This document shows positions 9,286-17,981 of a DNA stretch of 64,000 nt, piece by piece. This DNA comes from Eubacteriales bacterium. GTDB lineage: Bacteria; Bacillota; Clostridia; Oscillospirales; CAG-272. Under the pieces are notes generated by a model, which searched no databases, was not told the DNA's origin, and saw only the letters and a list, made by a program, of their open reading frames with translations. A program made the translations under genes and the position numbers. The stretch lies in assembly GCA_045656445.1 (NCBI GenBank), contig JAZORD010000052.1:9494-73493 (forward strand), written 5' to 3'. Position 1 is the stretch's first letter; each line of letters opens with the position of its first letter.

Positions 9286-9334
9286 TACTAAAAGAGAGAA
9301 ATGGGGTGCAAGTCCCCGTTTCTCTCTTTTAGTA
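9286..9334. other. long near-perfect palindromic hairpin (possible original tRNA terminator)
   Basis: tactaaaagagagaaa(t)gggg - tgcaagt - cccc(g)tttctctcttttagta. A second 9-bp hairpin gaagaacgc-ctc-gcgttcttc lies at 9354-9374. Confidence 0.55.
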
Positions 9335-9457
9335 TGTACAGCTTGGTTACATTAGAAGAACGCCTCGCGTTCTTCCTAAGTTAAATTGTGCCAGCAATTT
9401 TACTTATTGTTACACCGCACAAAATCTTTGTACTCAAACATTAATAAGGAGTTAATT

Positions 9458-10188
9458 ATGACATTTTCACAAATTTTACTTGTCGTTTTCTTTGGCGCCA
9501 TCTTACTATTCTATGCCTTCCTTACCACCCCCAAAGGTAAGGGGTGGATTGGAGAAACACGTGTTAAATGGATTATCAAAAAACGAAAATCGGTGTGAGG
9601 TATGTTATAAATAATCTTGTCATTAAAACTGATGATAACAAGACATGCCAAATTGACCATATCCTAATAAATAGCAACGGAATTTTTGTCATCGAAACAA
9701 AGAACTATTCAGGGCGAATTTACGGTCAGGAAAACCAACTCGAGTGGACACAGGTTTTGAATTACGGAAAGGTAAAGAATAAGTTATACAATCCCATAAA
9801 ACAAAATAAAACTCACATATATCACGTTTCAACTATTATAGAAGAAAATCTCCCCATCATCTCTGCGGTCGTGTTTGTTCAAGGAAATACGCAGTTTATT
9901 AACGCAGAAAATGTATACTCCCTGAAGGGCTTAGGCAAGCTGATTAAAAACAACAACCGCAATCTTACAAGGGAGCAAATGGAATTAACATACGAAAAGT
10001 TGATGAAAGCAATGGACAAAAACACTTCTATGGCTGAACATATTAGAAATATACACAATATGCAAAATAATCTTTCTAACAATATTTGTCCTAGATGCGG
10101 AAAGCAACTTATTAAAAGACAAGGTAACAAAGGTGATTTTATGGGATGCTCAGGATATCCTGCTTGTCGTTTTACAAAATCAATATAA
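9458..10188 (+). pseudogene. NERD-domain protein with N-terminal TM helix and C-terminal topoisomerase-type zinc ribbon, split by a -1 frame change at an A6 tract
   Basis: ORF 9458..9598 (AAGGAG RBS; MTFSQILLVVFFGAILLFYAF..GKGWIGETRVKWIIKKRKSV*) carries the NERD start motif. ORF 9568..10188 carries the rest (QIDHILINSNGIFVIETKNYSG) plus CPRCG..GCSGYPACRF. One extra A in the run 9578-9583 would fuse them as ...WIIKKTKIGVRYVINNL... Confidence 0.7.
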
Positions 10189-10197
10189 CCAAGTAGC

Positions 10198-10238
10198 AAA
10201 AATCGGAGATTCTAACGAACCTCCGATTTTAATTTTTG
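10198..10238. terminator. bidirectional intrinsic terminator between the NERD gene and the nitroreductase gene
   Basis: aaaatcggag / ctccgatttt stem flanked by an A-run on one side and a T-run on the other. Confidence 0.7.
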
Positions 10239-10274
10239 AAATGTTGAACAAGAAATATGTGTCATTATCTAACA

Positions 10275-10805
10275 CTAACCAATCCCAGTAACTAGCTCTT
10301 CGAGCGGTTTTCTTTTTTTATCGCGCAATTTGTCATCATCAGCCGCATAGCCAAGGGTTATAACAAGGCGAACGGGCTTATTGAGACCGCAAATTTTTCT
10401 GATTTTTTCGTCGTCAAGCCAACCGAGAATGCAGGTGCTGAGTCCCTGCGAGGTTGCTTCAGCGGTAAGATATGCCGTCGCAATTCCGATATCAATTGAG
10501 CGGTAATCGTTTTTCTTTACCTTTGCGCCAAGAGCCGCTGACGGAACGTAGGATTCCTCGGATATAACAATCATCACGGGTGCTTCGGCAGCAAACTTGT
10601 TCATACCCATTCCCATTACCGCTTTAGCTATCTTTTTTGCCACATCACCACGGCATACGGTAAAGTGATAAGGCTGACCGTTACAAGCTGAGGGAGCAAG
10701 CCTTGCCGCCTCTAAGATAGCCGTAATTTTTTCGTTTTCCACGGCTTTTTCCGCGTTGTATTTACGGCAGGATTGACGCTCTTTGGCTATATCAATAAAG
10801 TTCAT
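10275..10805 (-). CDS. nitroreductase family protein
   Basis: MNFIDIAKERQSCRKY... and PSACNGQPY are typical of the nitroreductase fold. I prefer the ATG at 10805 (RBS aaaggga) over the upstream ORF-track start. Confidence 0.8.
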   Translation of the reverse strand: MNFIDIAKERQSCRKYNAEKAVENEKITAILEAARLAPSACNGQPYHFTVCRGDVAKKIAKAVMGMGMNKFAAEAPVMIVISEESYVPSAALGAKVKKNDYRSIDIGIATAYLTAEATSQGLSTCILGWLDDEKIRKICGLNKPVRLVITLGYAADDDKLRDKKRKPLEELVTGIG

Positions 10806-10847
10806 TTCAATTCCCTTTCGAAATTCTGCCCTCAAATAAAGGTTGAT

Positions 10848-12443
10848 TTATTGGTTAACATTCTTTTTGTATTCTAGATACTCCTCGTAGGTACATCTTC
10901 TGTCAATAAAGCCATCGGGGGTAATTTCTATAATTCTGTTTGCAACGGTATTTACGATTTCATAGTCGTGTGAGGAGAACAAAACGACACCTTTGAAATT
11001 CTGCATACCGTGGTTTACAGCGGTTATAGATTCAAGGTCAAGATGGTCTGTCGGCTGGTCTATAATAAGCATATTAGAGCCAAACATCATCATTCTTGAG
11101 AACATGCACCTAACCTTTTCTCCACCTGAAAGGACGTTCACGGGCTTAAATACCGCTTCGTTTGAGAACAGCATTTTACCAAGAAATCCTCTTAGATAAG
11201 ACTCGGTCTGGTCCTTAGAATATTGACGCATCCAGTCAAGAATTGATTCATTATGTCCGTCAAAATAGGACGAGTTATCGTGCGGAAAATACGAGGTCGT
11301 AATAGAAACGCCTATATTATACTCTCCCGAGTCAGCCGCCTCTTCCCCGTTCAGAATTTTAAATAGATGTGTTACCGCAAGCTCGTTTCCGAGGAAAGCA
11401 ATTTTATCGTTCTTATAAACGTGGAACGTGAGGTCTTTAAATAACGTGTTTCCGTCAAGAGTCTTTGTTAGCCCCTCAACGTGTAAAATTTCCTTTCCCG
11501 GCTCTCTATCCATATCAAATCCGATAAAAGGGTATCTTCTGCTTGATGCCGGGAGCTGCTCAACCGTAAGCTTATCTAGCAGCTTTCTTCTTGAGGTTGC
11601 CTGGCGGGATTTAGATTTGTTTGCCGAGAACCTTGAAATAAAGCTTTGAAGCTCGGCAATCTTCTCCTCGTTTTTCTTGTTCTGCATCTTAATCATACGC
11701 TGTATGAGCTGGCTTGATTCATACCAGAACTCATAGTTACCAACGTACATTTTAATGCCTGTATAATCTATATCAACAATATTGGTGCACACGTCGTTTA
11801 AGAAATGACGGTCGTGAGAAACGACGAGGACAGTGCCAAAATAATCCGAAAGAAAGTCCTCAAGCCACATAACAGCATCTATATCAAGTCCGTTGGTAGG
11901 CTCGTCAAGAAGTATTATATCCGGATTGCCGAAAAGTGCCTGCGCCAAAAGAACCTTGACCTTCTCACTCTCTTTTAGCGAAGACATCATCATATAAAGA
12001 TAATCATCCGCAAGCCCGAGGCCTTGGATAAGCTTGGATGCATCAGATTCAGCCTCCCAGCCATTCATTTCAGCAAACTCTGCTTCGAGCTCTGATGCCT
12101 TAATTCCGTCCTCGTCGCTGAAGTTCTCTTTAGCGTACAGCGCGTCCTTTTCCTTCATTATATCGTAAAGGCGCTTGTTTCCCATAATAACGGTGTCTAA
12201 AACGGTATACTCCTCATATGCGAAGTGATTCTGCTTCAAAACCGACATTCTGACGTCAGAAGGTATATATACCGAGCCCTTTGTAGGCTCAAGCTCACCG
12301 CAAAGGATACGCAAAAACGTAGATTTACCCGCGCCGTTTGCACCGATTATTCCGTAGCAATTGCCAGGAGTGAACTTGAGGTCAACGTCCTTAAAAAGAA
12401 GCTGACCACCAAAATTAAAGCTTAAATCCGTAACTGTTATCAT
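10848..12443 (-). CDS. ABC-F family ATPase, YbiT-like, with a degenerate second nucleotide-binding site
   Basis: 531 aa, two ABC domains and no TM region. AELQSFISRFSANKSKSRQATSR linker as in YbiT-type ABC-F proteins. NBD1 Walker A GANGAGKST and Walker B ILLDEPT are intact. NBD2 motifs are degenerate (see findings). Confidence 0.85.
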   Translation of the reverse strand: MITVTDLSFNFGGQLLFKDVDLKFTPGNCYGIIGANGAGKSTFLRILCGELEPTKGSVYIPSDVRMSVLKQNHFAYEEYTVLDTVIMGNKRLYDIMKEKDALYAKENFSDEDGIKASELEAEFAEMNGWEAESDASKLIQGLGLADDYLYMMMSSLKESEKVKVLLAQALFGNPDIILLDEPTNGLDIDAVMWLEDFLSDYFGTVLVVSHDRHFLNDVCTNIVDIDYTGIKMYVGNYEFWYESSQLIQRMIKMQNKKNEEKIAELQSFISRFSANKSKSRQATSRRKLLDKLTVEQLPASSRRYPFIGFDMDREPGKEILHVEGLTKTLDGNTLFKDLTFHVYKNDKIAFLGNELAVTHLFKILNGEEAADSGEYNIGVSITTSYFPHDNSSYFDGHNESILDWMRQYSKDQTESYLRGFLGKMLFSNEAVFKPVNVLSGGEKVRCMFSRMMMFGSNMLIIDQPTDHLDLESITAVNHGMQNFKGVVLFSSHDYEIVNTVANRIIEITPDGFIDRRCTYEEYLEYKKNVNQ

Positions 12444-12446
12444 ATT

Positions 12447-13235
12447 TTAAATCCTATTGTATACTTCCCTTATATTTTGTAAGATGTAGGTGGGCTTTAT
12501 GTCGCTTTCCTCGGCATCCTTAACCGTCCCCTCACCCGAAAGAACGAATACCGTGTCTACTCCCGCATTATAGCCGGATGCGATATCGGTATATACTCTG
12601 TCGCCTATCATAACGGTTTGTTCCTTTGTGTACCCATATTTTTCCATAGCTAAAAGCAACATTTCGGGCTTAGGTTTTCCGATAAAAGTCGGTCTTTTAC
12701 CTGTAGCGCGGAAAAGCATTTCCGCAAAGCTGCCGCAATCCGGCACGTATCCGTAAGAAGTCGGACACACCCAATCGGGATTGGTCGCTATATATTCAAC
12801 CCCTCTTCCGAGCAAAATGCAGGCATCGTCAAGCTTTTTGAAGGTAAGCTCAGTGTCGTTAGATATAACCAAACCGAAAATGTCATCCTCAAGCTCTGTC
12901 GTAATATTAACGCCTGCGGTACTCAGCTGCTCGTTAAAGGATTTCGTTCCCATAGAGTAAAATTTTTCGCCCGGATAATTATTATTAAGATAAAGTATAG
13001 TAGCATCAGTTGACGTCAAGAAGTCATCAACTGTCGCACGGATACCAAGACGTTCGAGTTTCTCTACATAAGCTCTTGCACCTTTTGAAGAATTATTTGT
13101 CAAGAAAAGATATTTGCCGCCCTTTTCCTTAACCTTAGCAAGAAAATCAAGCGTTCCGTCAAAAAGCTCGTTATCGAGATATATCGTTCCGTCCATATCA
13201 AGAAGGAAAAATCTTTTTTCAATTAGCAGGCTCAT
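12447..13235 (-). CDS. HAD-IIA family hydrolase (NagD-like sugar phosphatase)
   Basis: 262 aa. The motifs LLDMDGTIY, LTNNS and GDRVYTDI are characteristic of HAD subfamily IIA. Confidence 0.8.
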   Translation of the reverse strand: MSLLIEKRFFLLDMDGTIYLDNELFDGTLDFLAKVKEKGGKYLFLTNNSSKGARAYVEKLERLGIRATVDDFLTSTDATILYLNNNYPGEKFYSMGTKSFNEQLSTAGVNITTELEDDIFGLVISNDTELTFKKLDDACILLGRGVEYIATNPDWVCPTSYGYVPDCGSFAEMLFRATGKRPTFIGKPKPEMLLLAMEKYGYTKEQTVMIGDRVYTDIASGYNAGVDTVFVLSGEGTVKDAEESDIKPTYILQNIREVYNRI

Positions 13236-13250
13236 TATAAATTCCTTTAA

Positions 13251-14270
13251 TCAGCTTTCGGGGTAACCATCGGGGTTCATCTTCTGCCATCTTGCAGAAT
13301 CCTCGCACATTTTTAGCAGGTCACGCTCGGCTCTCCAACCGAGAATCTCGTATGCTTTTTTGGGGTCAGCATAGCATTCCGCTATATCACCCGGTCGGCG
13401 AGGAGCAATTTTATACTTAACAGGCGCTCCCCAAACGTCACCAAAGGTTTTTACCATTTCTAAAACGGAATATCCGTTACCCGTTCCAACGTTGAAATAA
13501 TCTATACCGCACATATTTTGAGTATAATCAATTGCCTTAAGATGCGCAAGCGCGAGGTCAACAACGTGGATATAATCGCGAACGCCAGTTCCGTCGGGAG
13601 TCGGATAATCGTTACCGAAAACGCTAAGGCACTCAAGCTTGCCTGCAGCAACCTTTGCAATATAAGGTAAAAGATTGTTTGGTATTCCTCTTGGGTCTTC
13701 TCCAATAAGTCCTGACTCGTGCGCACCTATTGGATTAAAATATCTGAGAACACAAACCGAAAGGCTTGGGTATGCTGCCGCGCAATCCTTAAGTATGCGT
13801 TCTATCATAAGCTTGGTTTCTCCATAGGGATTCGTTGTAGAAAGCGGAAAATTCTCACGAATCGGCACGGATTTCGGAGTGCCGTAAACCGTTGCAGAAG
13901 AGGAAAAAACTATTCTCCAAACCTCGTGCTTAACCATCGAGGATAAAAGATTAAAAGTACCCGTTAAATTATTATGATAATACTTTAGAGGAAGCGAACA
14001 GGATTCGCCAACAGCCTTAAGACCGGCAAAATGTATAACCGAATCGATATTCCTGTGTGTCTCAAACACAGAGTCCAGCTTTTCTGCGTCTAAAAGGTCA
14101 CACTCAATAAATTCCGGGCGGTTCCCTGTAATTTTCTCTATTCTGTCAAGAACACACAGCTTACTGTTTGATAGGTTGTCCACTATAACGACATCCTCAC
14201 CTCTTTTTATAAGCTCAACAGTTGTGTGAGAACCTATATAACCTGTTCCGCCTGTAACCAAAATTGCCAT
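13251..14270 (-). CDS. galE: UDP-glucose 4-epimerase
   Basis: 339 aa. GGTGYIGSH Rossmann motif and the YGETK catalytic YxxxK. Full-length GalE-like. Confidence 0.9.
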   Translation of the reverse strand: MAILVTGGTGYIGSHTTVELIKRGEDVVIVDNLSNSKLCVLDRIEKITGNRPEFIECDLLDAEKLDSVFETHRNIDSVIHFAGLKAVGESCSLPLKYYHNNLTGTFNLLSSMVKHEVWRIVFSSSATVYGTPKSVPIRENFPLSTTNPYGETKLMIERILKDCAAAYPSLSVCVLRYFNPIGAHESGLIGEDPRGIPNNLLPYIAKVAAGKLECLSVFGNDYPTPDGTGVRDYIHVVDLALAHLKAIDYTQNMCGIDYFNVGTGNGYSVLEMVKTFGDVWGAPVKYKIAPRRPGDIAECYADPKKAYEILGWRAERDLLKMCEDSARWQKMNPDGYPES

Positions 14271-14293
14271 ACAATCACCTCAAAAAATAGTAA

Positions 14294-14326
14294 AACAAAA
14301 AAGAGTAGCCTAACCACTCTTTTTTG
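14294..14326 (-). terminator. intrinsic terminator after rpmA
   Basis: Reverse strand: agagtgg-ttagg-ctactct stem followed by ttttttgtttt. Confidence 0.6.
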
Positions 14327-14332
14327 ACAATA

Positions 14333-14611
14333 TTAGTCAGCGTAAACGCTAACCTGCTTCTTGCCGCCGGAAATATGTTCAAACTTAACTCTGCCGTCAA
14401 CGAGAGCAAAGAGAGTATCGTCAGTACCGATACCAACGTTCTTTCCGGGATGAATCTTAGTTCCGCGCTGTCTTACAAGTATATTGCCTGCGGTAACAAC
14501 CTGTCCGTCTGCTCTTTTAACGCCAAGACGCTTGGACTCGGAATCACGGCCGTTCTTAGTAGAACCAACGCCCTTTTTGTGAGCGAAGAATTGTAAACTG
14601 AGCTTTAACAT
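14333..14611 (-). CDS. rpmA: 50S ribosomal protein L27 with N-terminal propeptide
   Basis: [32 protein letters not shown]. The 9-aa propeptide and FF-A cleavage context match Prp-processed L27 of Bacillota. GGAGG RBS before ATG 14611. Confidence 0.95.
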   Translation of the reverse strand: MLKLSLQFFAHKKGVGSTKNGRDSESKRLGVKRADGQVVTAGNILVRQRGTKIHPGKNVGIGTDDTLFALVDGRVKFEHISGGKKQVSVYAD

Positions 14612-14656
14612 TTCATGTACCTCCATAATTTTTGTGGCTCGCAGCCCGTAGAATGC

Positions 14657-15013
14657 TTATATCTCTCGCTCTATCTCTTTTACGTCAAGGAACTCATAAT
14701 AGTCCTCAACAATATCCATAAGTTGAAAGAAATAAGCCTGTATAAGACCTGAAATTGCATATTGTTTTTTTTCATCCTCTTCGTATTTCGGAAGAGCTGA
14801 TTTGGCAATTACGCGGATATCCGTTGTTTTCTCATCAATCGTATAATCAACTTTTGAAGCATAGGATATCTCAATGGTGTTTATAAGGAGCATAGTCATA
14901 CTGGAAAGGGCTGCACAGAGAACATCGTCCCCCGACTCTCCATATCCCGTATGTCCTTTTTCCTCAAAGCCATAATAAAATCCGTTGGTCTTATAAAAAG
15001 TAATTGTTGTCAT
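14657..15013 (-). CDS. prp: ribosomal-processing cysteine protease Prp
   Basis: Located between rplU and rpmA. It has the GH..G.....D.VC catalytic-region pattern (GHTGYGESGDDVLCAALS). Start ambiguous: ATG at 15013 or TTG at 15022. Confidence 0.85.
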   Translation of the reverse strand: MTTITFYKTNGFYYGFEEKGHTGYGESGDDVLCAALSSMTMLLINTIEISYASKVDYTIDEKTTDIRVIAKSALPKYEEDEKKQYAISGLIQAYFFQLMDIVEDYYEFLDVKEIEREI

Positions 15014-15018
15014 TAAAT

Positions 15019-15327
15019 TCAAGCCTCGATTTTTTCGATCTGAATTTTAGTATAGTCCTGACGATGACCGATTTTCTTCTTCTCGTTCTTCTTAGACTTG
15101 TACCTGATAACGTCTATCTTCTTAGACTTACCATTCTTAACAACAGTTGCAACAACAGTTGCGCCTTCTACCTTAGGAGTACCAACAGTCAAATTCTCAC
15201 CGCATACAGCAAGAACGTTGTCAAAAGTAACCTTCTCGCCTTCTGCAACGCCAAGCTTCTCTACGAAGATAACGTCACCCTCAGCAACCTTGTACTGCTT
15301 TCCACCTGTTACGAAAATAGCGAACAT
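15019..15327 (-). CDS. rplU: 50S ribosomal protein L21
   Basis: [25 protein letters not shown]... is a canonical L21 N-terminus. I chose the ATG at 15327. Confidence 0.95.
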   Translation of the reverse strand: MFAIFVTGGKQYKVAEGDVIFVEKLGVAEGEKVTFDNVLAVCGENLTVGTPKVEGATVVATVVKNGKSKKIDVIRYKSKKNEKKKIGHRQDYTKIQIEKIEA

Positions 15328-15403
15328 GTAAAAGCACCTCACTTTCGTGTAAAATCGCTATCATAGGCGTGTTTGCACACTTTTAGAGCCTATCAATAAG
15401 CGT
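15328..15403 (-). promoter_or_regulatory. structured 5' leader of rplU-prp-rpmA (candidate L21-type ribosomal protein leader)
   Basis: About 75-nt leader with nested hairpin ataggc..gtgt-gcaa-acac..gcctat. Bacillota rplU operons are known to carry an L21 leader. Not verified against a covariance model. Confidence 0.35.
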
Positions 15404-15409
15404 CATATT

Positions 15410-15438
15410 ATTCTATCACTTCTTTTAATGAATGTCAA
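15410..15438 (-). promoter_or_regulatory. sigma-A type promoter of the rplU operon (TTGACA-17-TAGAAT)
   Basis: Reverse strand reads ttgaca(17 nt)tagaat. Confidence 0.6.
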
Positions 15439-15455
15439 TAGTTTTTATAAAAAAC

Positions 15456-16397
15456 TTACAAAAACTCAGTGATTTTTTTGTCTTTTATTTCGTTTATATC
15501 GTACGGAGTAGTCTGATAAACGAAATAATTTAGCCAGTTTGTAAATAAAAGCGTCGCATGAGAGCGCCAGGTGAGCCTGGGTTGCTTAGTATCGTCATCA
15601 TTCGGAAAATAATTCTCGGGAATTTTAGGAGAAATTCCCGCCGCCTTATCTCTCATATACTCCTTATTAAGCGTGCCTGCGTCGTACTCCGAGTGTCCGG
15701 TTATAAATATCTGCTTTCCTCCGCGTGTAGCAACGGTGTAAACACCCGCCTTTTCTGAAGAAGAAAGAATCCGAAGCTCCGGTACTGCCTCTATATCCTC
15801 CCGTTTTACCGTGGTGTAACGGGAGTGTGGAACGTAGAATACGTCGTCAAAGCCTCGGAATAAAATCGAACGCTTATAGTCAACAGTATGCTCGTATACA
15901 CCTGAAAGCTTTTCTTCCATCATATATTTTTTGATGCCAAAATGATAGTAAAGACCTGCTTGAGCTCCCCAACAGATATGAAGCGTGCTGTGAACGTGAG
16001 TTTTAGTCCACTCCATTATCTCCTTGAGCTCTTCCCAGTATTCTACCGCCTCGAACTCCATTTTCTCAACCGGTGCGCCGGTGATTATCATACCGTCGAA
16101 GTACCTGTCCTTTACGTCGGAAAATTCCTTGTAAAACGCGAGCAGATGCTCCTCAGAGACGTTTTTTGACTGATATGTGCTTGTATGAATCAGCTCTATT
16201 TCCACCTGAAGCGGAGTGTTTCCAAGAAGACGGGAAAGCTGAGTTTCGGGATCTACCTTAGTCGGCATCAGATTCAATATAAGAATTTTCAACGGGCGAA
16301 TGTCCTGCGTAATGGCGCGTGTTTCGGTCATAACGAAAATATTCTCACACTCCAGTGTTTTGACCGCAGGCAATTCATTGGGAATTTTTATTGGCAT
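15456..16397 (-). CDS. metA: homoserine O-acyltransferase, MetA family
   Basis: [23 protein letters not shown]...ILILNLMP is the canonical MetA N-terminus. I chose ATG 16397 (RBS aaagga). The ORF-track N-terminal 44 aa overlap metY. Confidence 0.9.
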   Translation of the reverse strand: MPIKIPNELPAVKTLECENIFVMTETRAITQDIRPLKILILNLMPTKVDPETQLSRLLGNTPLQVEIELIHTSTYQSKNVSEEHLLAFYKEFSDVKDRYFDGMIITGAPVEKMEFEAVEYWEELKEIMEWTKTHVHSTLHICWGAQAGLYYHFGIKKYMMEEKLSGVYEHTVDYKRSILFRGFDDVFYVPHSRYTTVKREDIEAVPELRILSSSEKAGVYTVATRGGKQIFITGHSEYDAGTLNKEYMRDKAAGISPKIPENYFPNDDDTKQPRLTWRSHATLLFTNWLNYFVYQTTPYDINEIKDKKITEFL

Positions 16398-16419
16398 ATT
16401 TATATCCTTTCGAGTATAT

Positions 16420-17700
16420 TTAAATAGAAGAAAGCGCCTGTGCAAGATCCTCAATAAGATCCTCTGCGTTTTCGATTCCGCAGGAATAACGTATAAGGTC
16501 AGGGGATACTCCTGCCGCCAAAAGCTCATCGTCGTTCATCTGACGGTGGGTTGCGCTTGCCGGGTGCAAGCAACAGGTTCGAGCGTCGGCAACATGAGTT
16601 TCGATAGCACCAAGCTTGAGGCTTTTCATAAATTTCTCAGCTGCAGCTCTACCGCCCTTAACGCCAAAGCTTACAACGCCGCAAGAGCCGTTTGGAAGAT
16701 ATTTTGAAGCAAGCTCATAATCAGAGTCGCCCTCAAGATTTGGGTACTTAACCCAGGTAACGTTAGGATGAGCCTTCAAAAATCTTGCTATAGCAAGACC
16801 GTTTTCACAGTGACGCTGCATACGAACGTGAAGGCTTTCAAGACCCAACCCAAGAATAAACGCACTTTGGGGAGACTGGGTACAACCGAAATCACGCATA
16901 AGCTGAGCTGTCGCCTTTGTAATATACGCTCCCTCTTTGCCAAATCTTTCGATATAATTTACTCCGTGATAGCTTTCGTCAGGGGTGCAAAGTCCTGGGA
17001 ATTTGCCAGACGCCGCCCAGTCAAATTTACCCGAATCAACGATGCATCCACCAACAGCGCTACCATGACCGTCCATATATTTAGTGGTAGAATGGGTAAC
17101 AATGTCAGCTCCCCACTCAAAAGGACGGCAGTTTATTGGGGTCGCGAAGGTATTATCAATTATAAGGGGCACTCCGTGCGCGTGCGCGGCTCTTGCAAAT
17201 CTTTCAATATCAAGAACCTTAAGCGCAGGATTTGCAATTGTTTCACCAAAAACAGCCTTTGTTTCTGGTCTGAACGCTGCAAAAAGCTCCTCATCCGAGC
17301 AATCGGGTGAAATGAAGGTGAAATTTATTCCCATACGCTTCATAGTAACTCCAAAAAGGTTGAACGAACCTCCGTATATTGCACTTGAAGCTATAACGTG
17401 GTCGCCTGCGGAGGCGATATTAAATATTGCAAAAAAGTTTGCCGCCTGACCCGATGAGGTAAGCATTGCGGCGCTTCCCCCCTCAAGCTCGCAGATTCTT
17501 GCAGCAACCGTGTCACAGGTTGGATTTTGAAGTCTTGAATAGAAATATCCCGAAGCTTCGAGGTCAAAAAGCTTACCCATATCCTCGCTTGTGGAATATT
17601 TAAAGGTTGTGCTTTGAATTATCGGAATCTGACGGGGCTCTCCATTCCCGGGCTTATATCCCCCCTGCACGCATTTAGTTTCAATTCTTGTCTTCCTCAT
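16420..17700 (-). CDS. metY: O-acetylhomoserine sulfhydrylase (PLP-dependent)
   Basis: [23 protein letters not shown]..., PLP-lysine motif [10 protein letters not shown]. Start at ATG 17700 behind GGAGG. The upstream ORF-track extension runs into the T-box terminator. Confidence 0.9.
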   Translation of the reverse strand: MRKTRIETKCVQGGYKPGNGEPRQIPIIQSTTFKYSTSEDMGKLFDLEASGYFYSRLQNPTCDTVAARICELEGGSAAMLTSSGQAANFFAIFNIASAGDHVIASSAIYGGSFNLFGVTMKRMGINFTFISPDCSDEELFAAFRPETKAVFGETIANPALKVLDIERFARAAHAHGVPLIIDNTFATPINCRPFEWGADIVTHSTTKYMDGHGSAVGGCIVDSGKFDWAASGKFPGLCTPDESYHGVNYIERFGKEGAYITKATAQLMRDFGCTQSPQSAFILGLGLESLHVRMQRHCENGLAIARFLKAHPNVTWVKYPNLEGDSDYELASKYLPNGSCGVVSFGVKGGRAAAEKFMKSLKLGAIETHVADARTCCLHPASATHRQMNDDELLAAGVSPDLIRYSCGIENAEDLIEDLAQALSSI

Positions 17701-17715
17701 TTTTAGTTTCCTCCG

Positions 17716-17980
17716 TAAAAAATAAAAAGAGCCTCGCCTCATATATGAGACGAACGACTCAAAAACGTCATCCGCGGTACCACTCAAATTGTGCATAAGC
17801 ACCACTCACAGCCAAACAGCCATCGCGCCTTTAACGCTGCGCCTGCGTGCCACCCTTACAATATATGCTCAAGCAGCCTGCTCGTGAGCCATAAGAATCC
17901 GTCTTTGTAATACTGCCTTTCACCTACCGCAGCTCTCTGTGATTACTCCCTCGGTTCTCTCTCCGTCATCGCTTTGTTAT
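17716..17980 (-). promoter_or_regulatory. T-box riboswitch leader, methionine (AUG) specifier, with terminator
   Basis: Reverse strand contains, in order:
- K-turn GCGAUGA
- AGUA
- AG bulge AGAGAG
- distal loop GGUGAAA
- specifier-loop context CUU-AUG-G (AUG at 17892-17890)
- the T-box sequence UUUGAGUGGUACCGCGG (17785-17772)
- a terminator hairpin plus a U-run just before the metY RBS. Confidence 0.8.
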
Positions 17981-17981
17981 G

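Noticed and set aside
9080-9286. 68-aa minus-strand ORF across tRNA-Leu and the repeat. Likewise the 69-aa ORF at 21763-21972 across tRNA-Arg/tRNA-Gly.
   Set aside because: They are translations of tRNA genes and flanking hairpins. They are not coding.
9166-9290. I tried to read the structured insert after tRNA-Leu as a second tRNA, a tmRNA (it starts with gggggcgtgac) or a fragment of RNase P RNA (uagugaaugacaguCC vaguely recalls the AGAUGAAUGAC region).
   Set aside because: No acceptor 5' strand (gcgggtg) or T-stem partner exists, so no cloverleaf forms. It is far too short for tmRNA or RNase P RNA and lacks their pairing partners. The similarities are a few nucleotides long and could be chance. 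It is left as unassigned in the findings.
17701-17805. The ORF track extends metY 35 codons upstream (MVLMHNLSGTADD...). I also expected an S-box/SAM-I riboswitch here.
   Set aside because: The extension is the T-box antiterminator/terminator region read as protein. The real start is ATG 17700, behind GGAGG. I found no SAM-I core elements, while the T-box sequence GGUACCGCG and the Stem I motifs are present.
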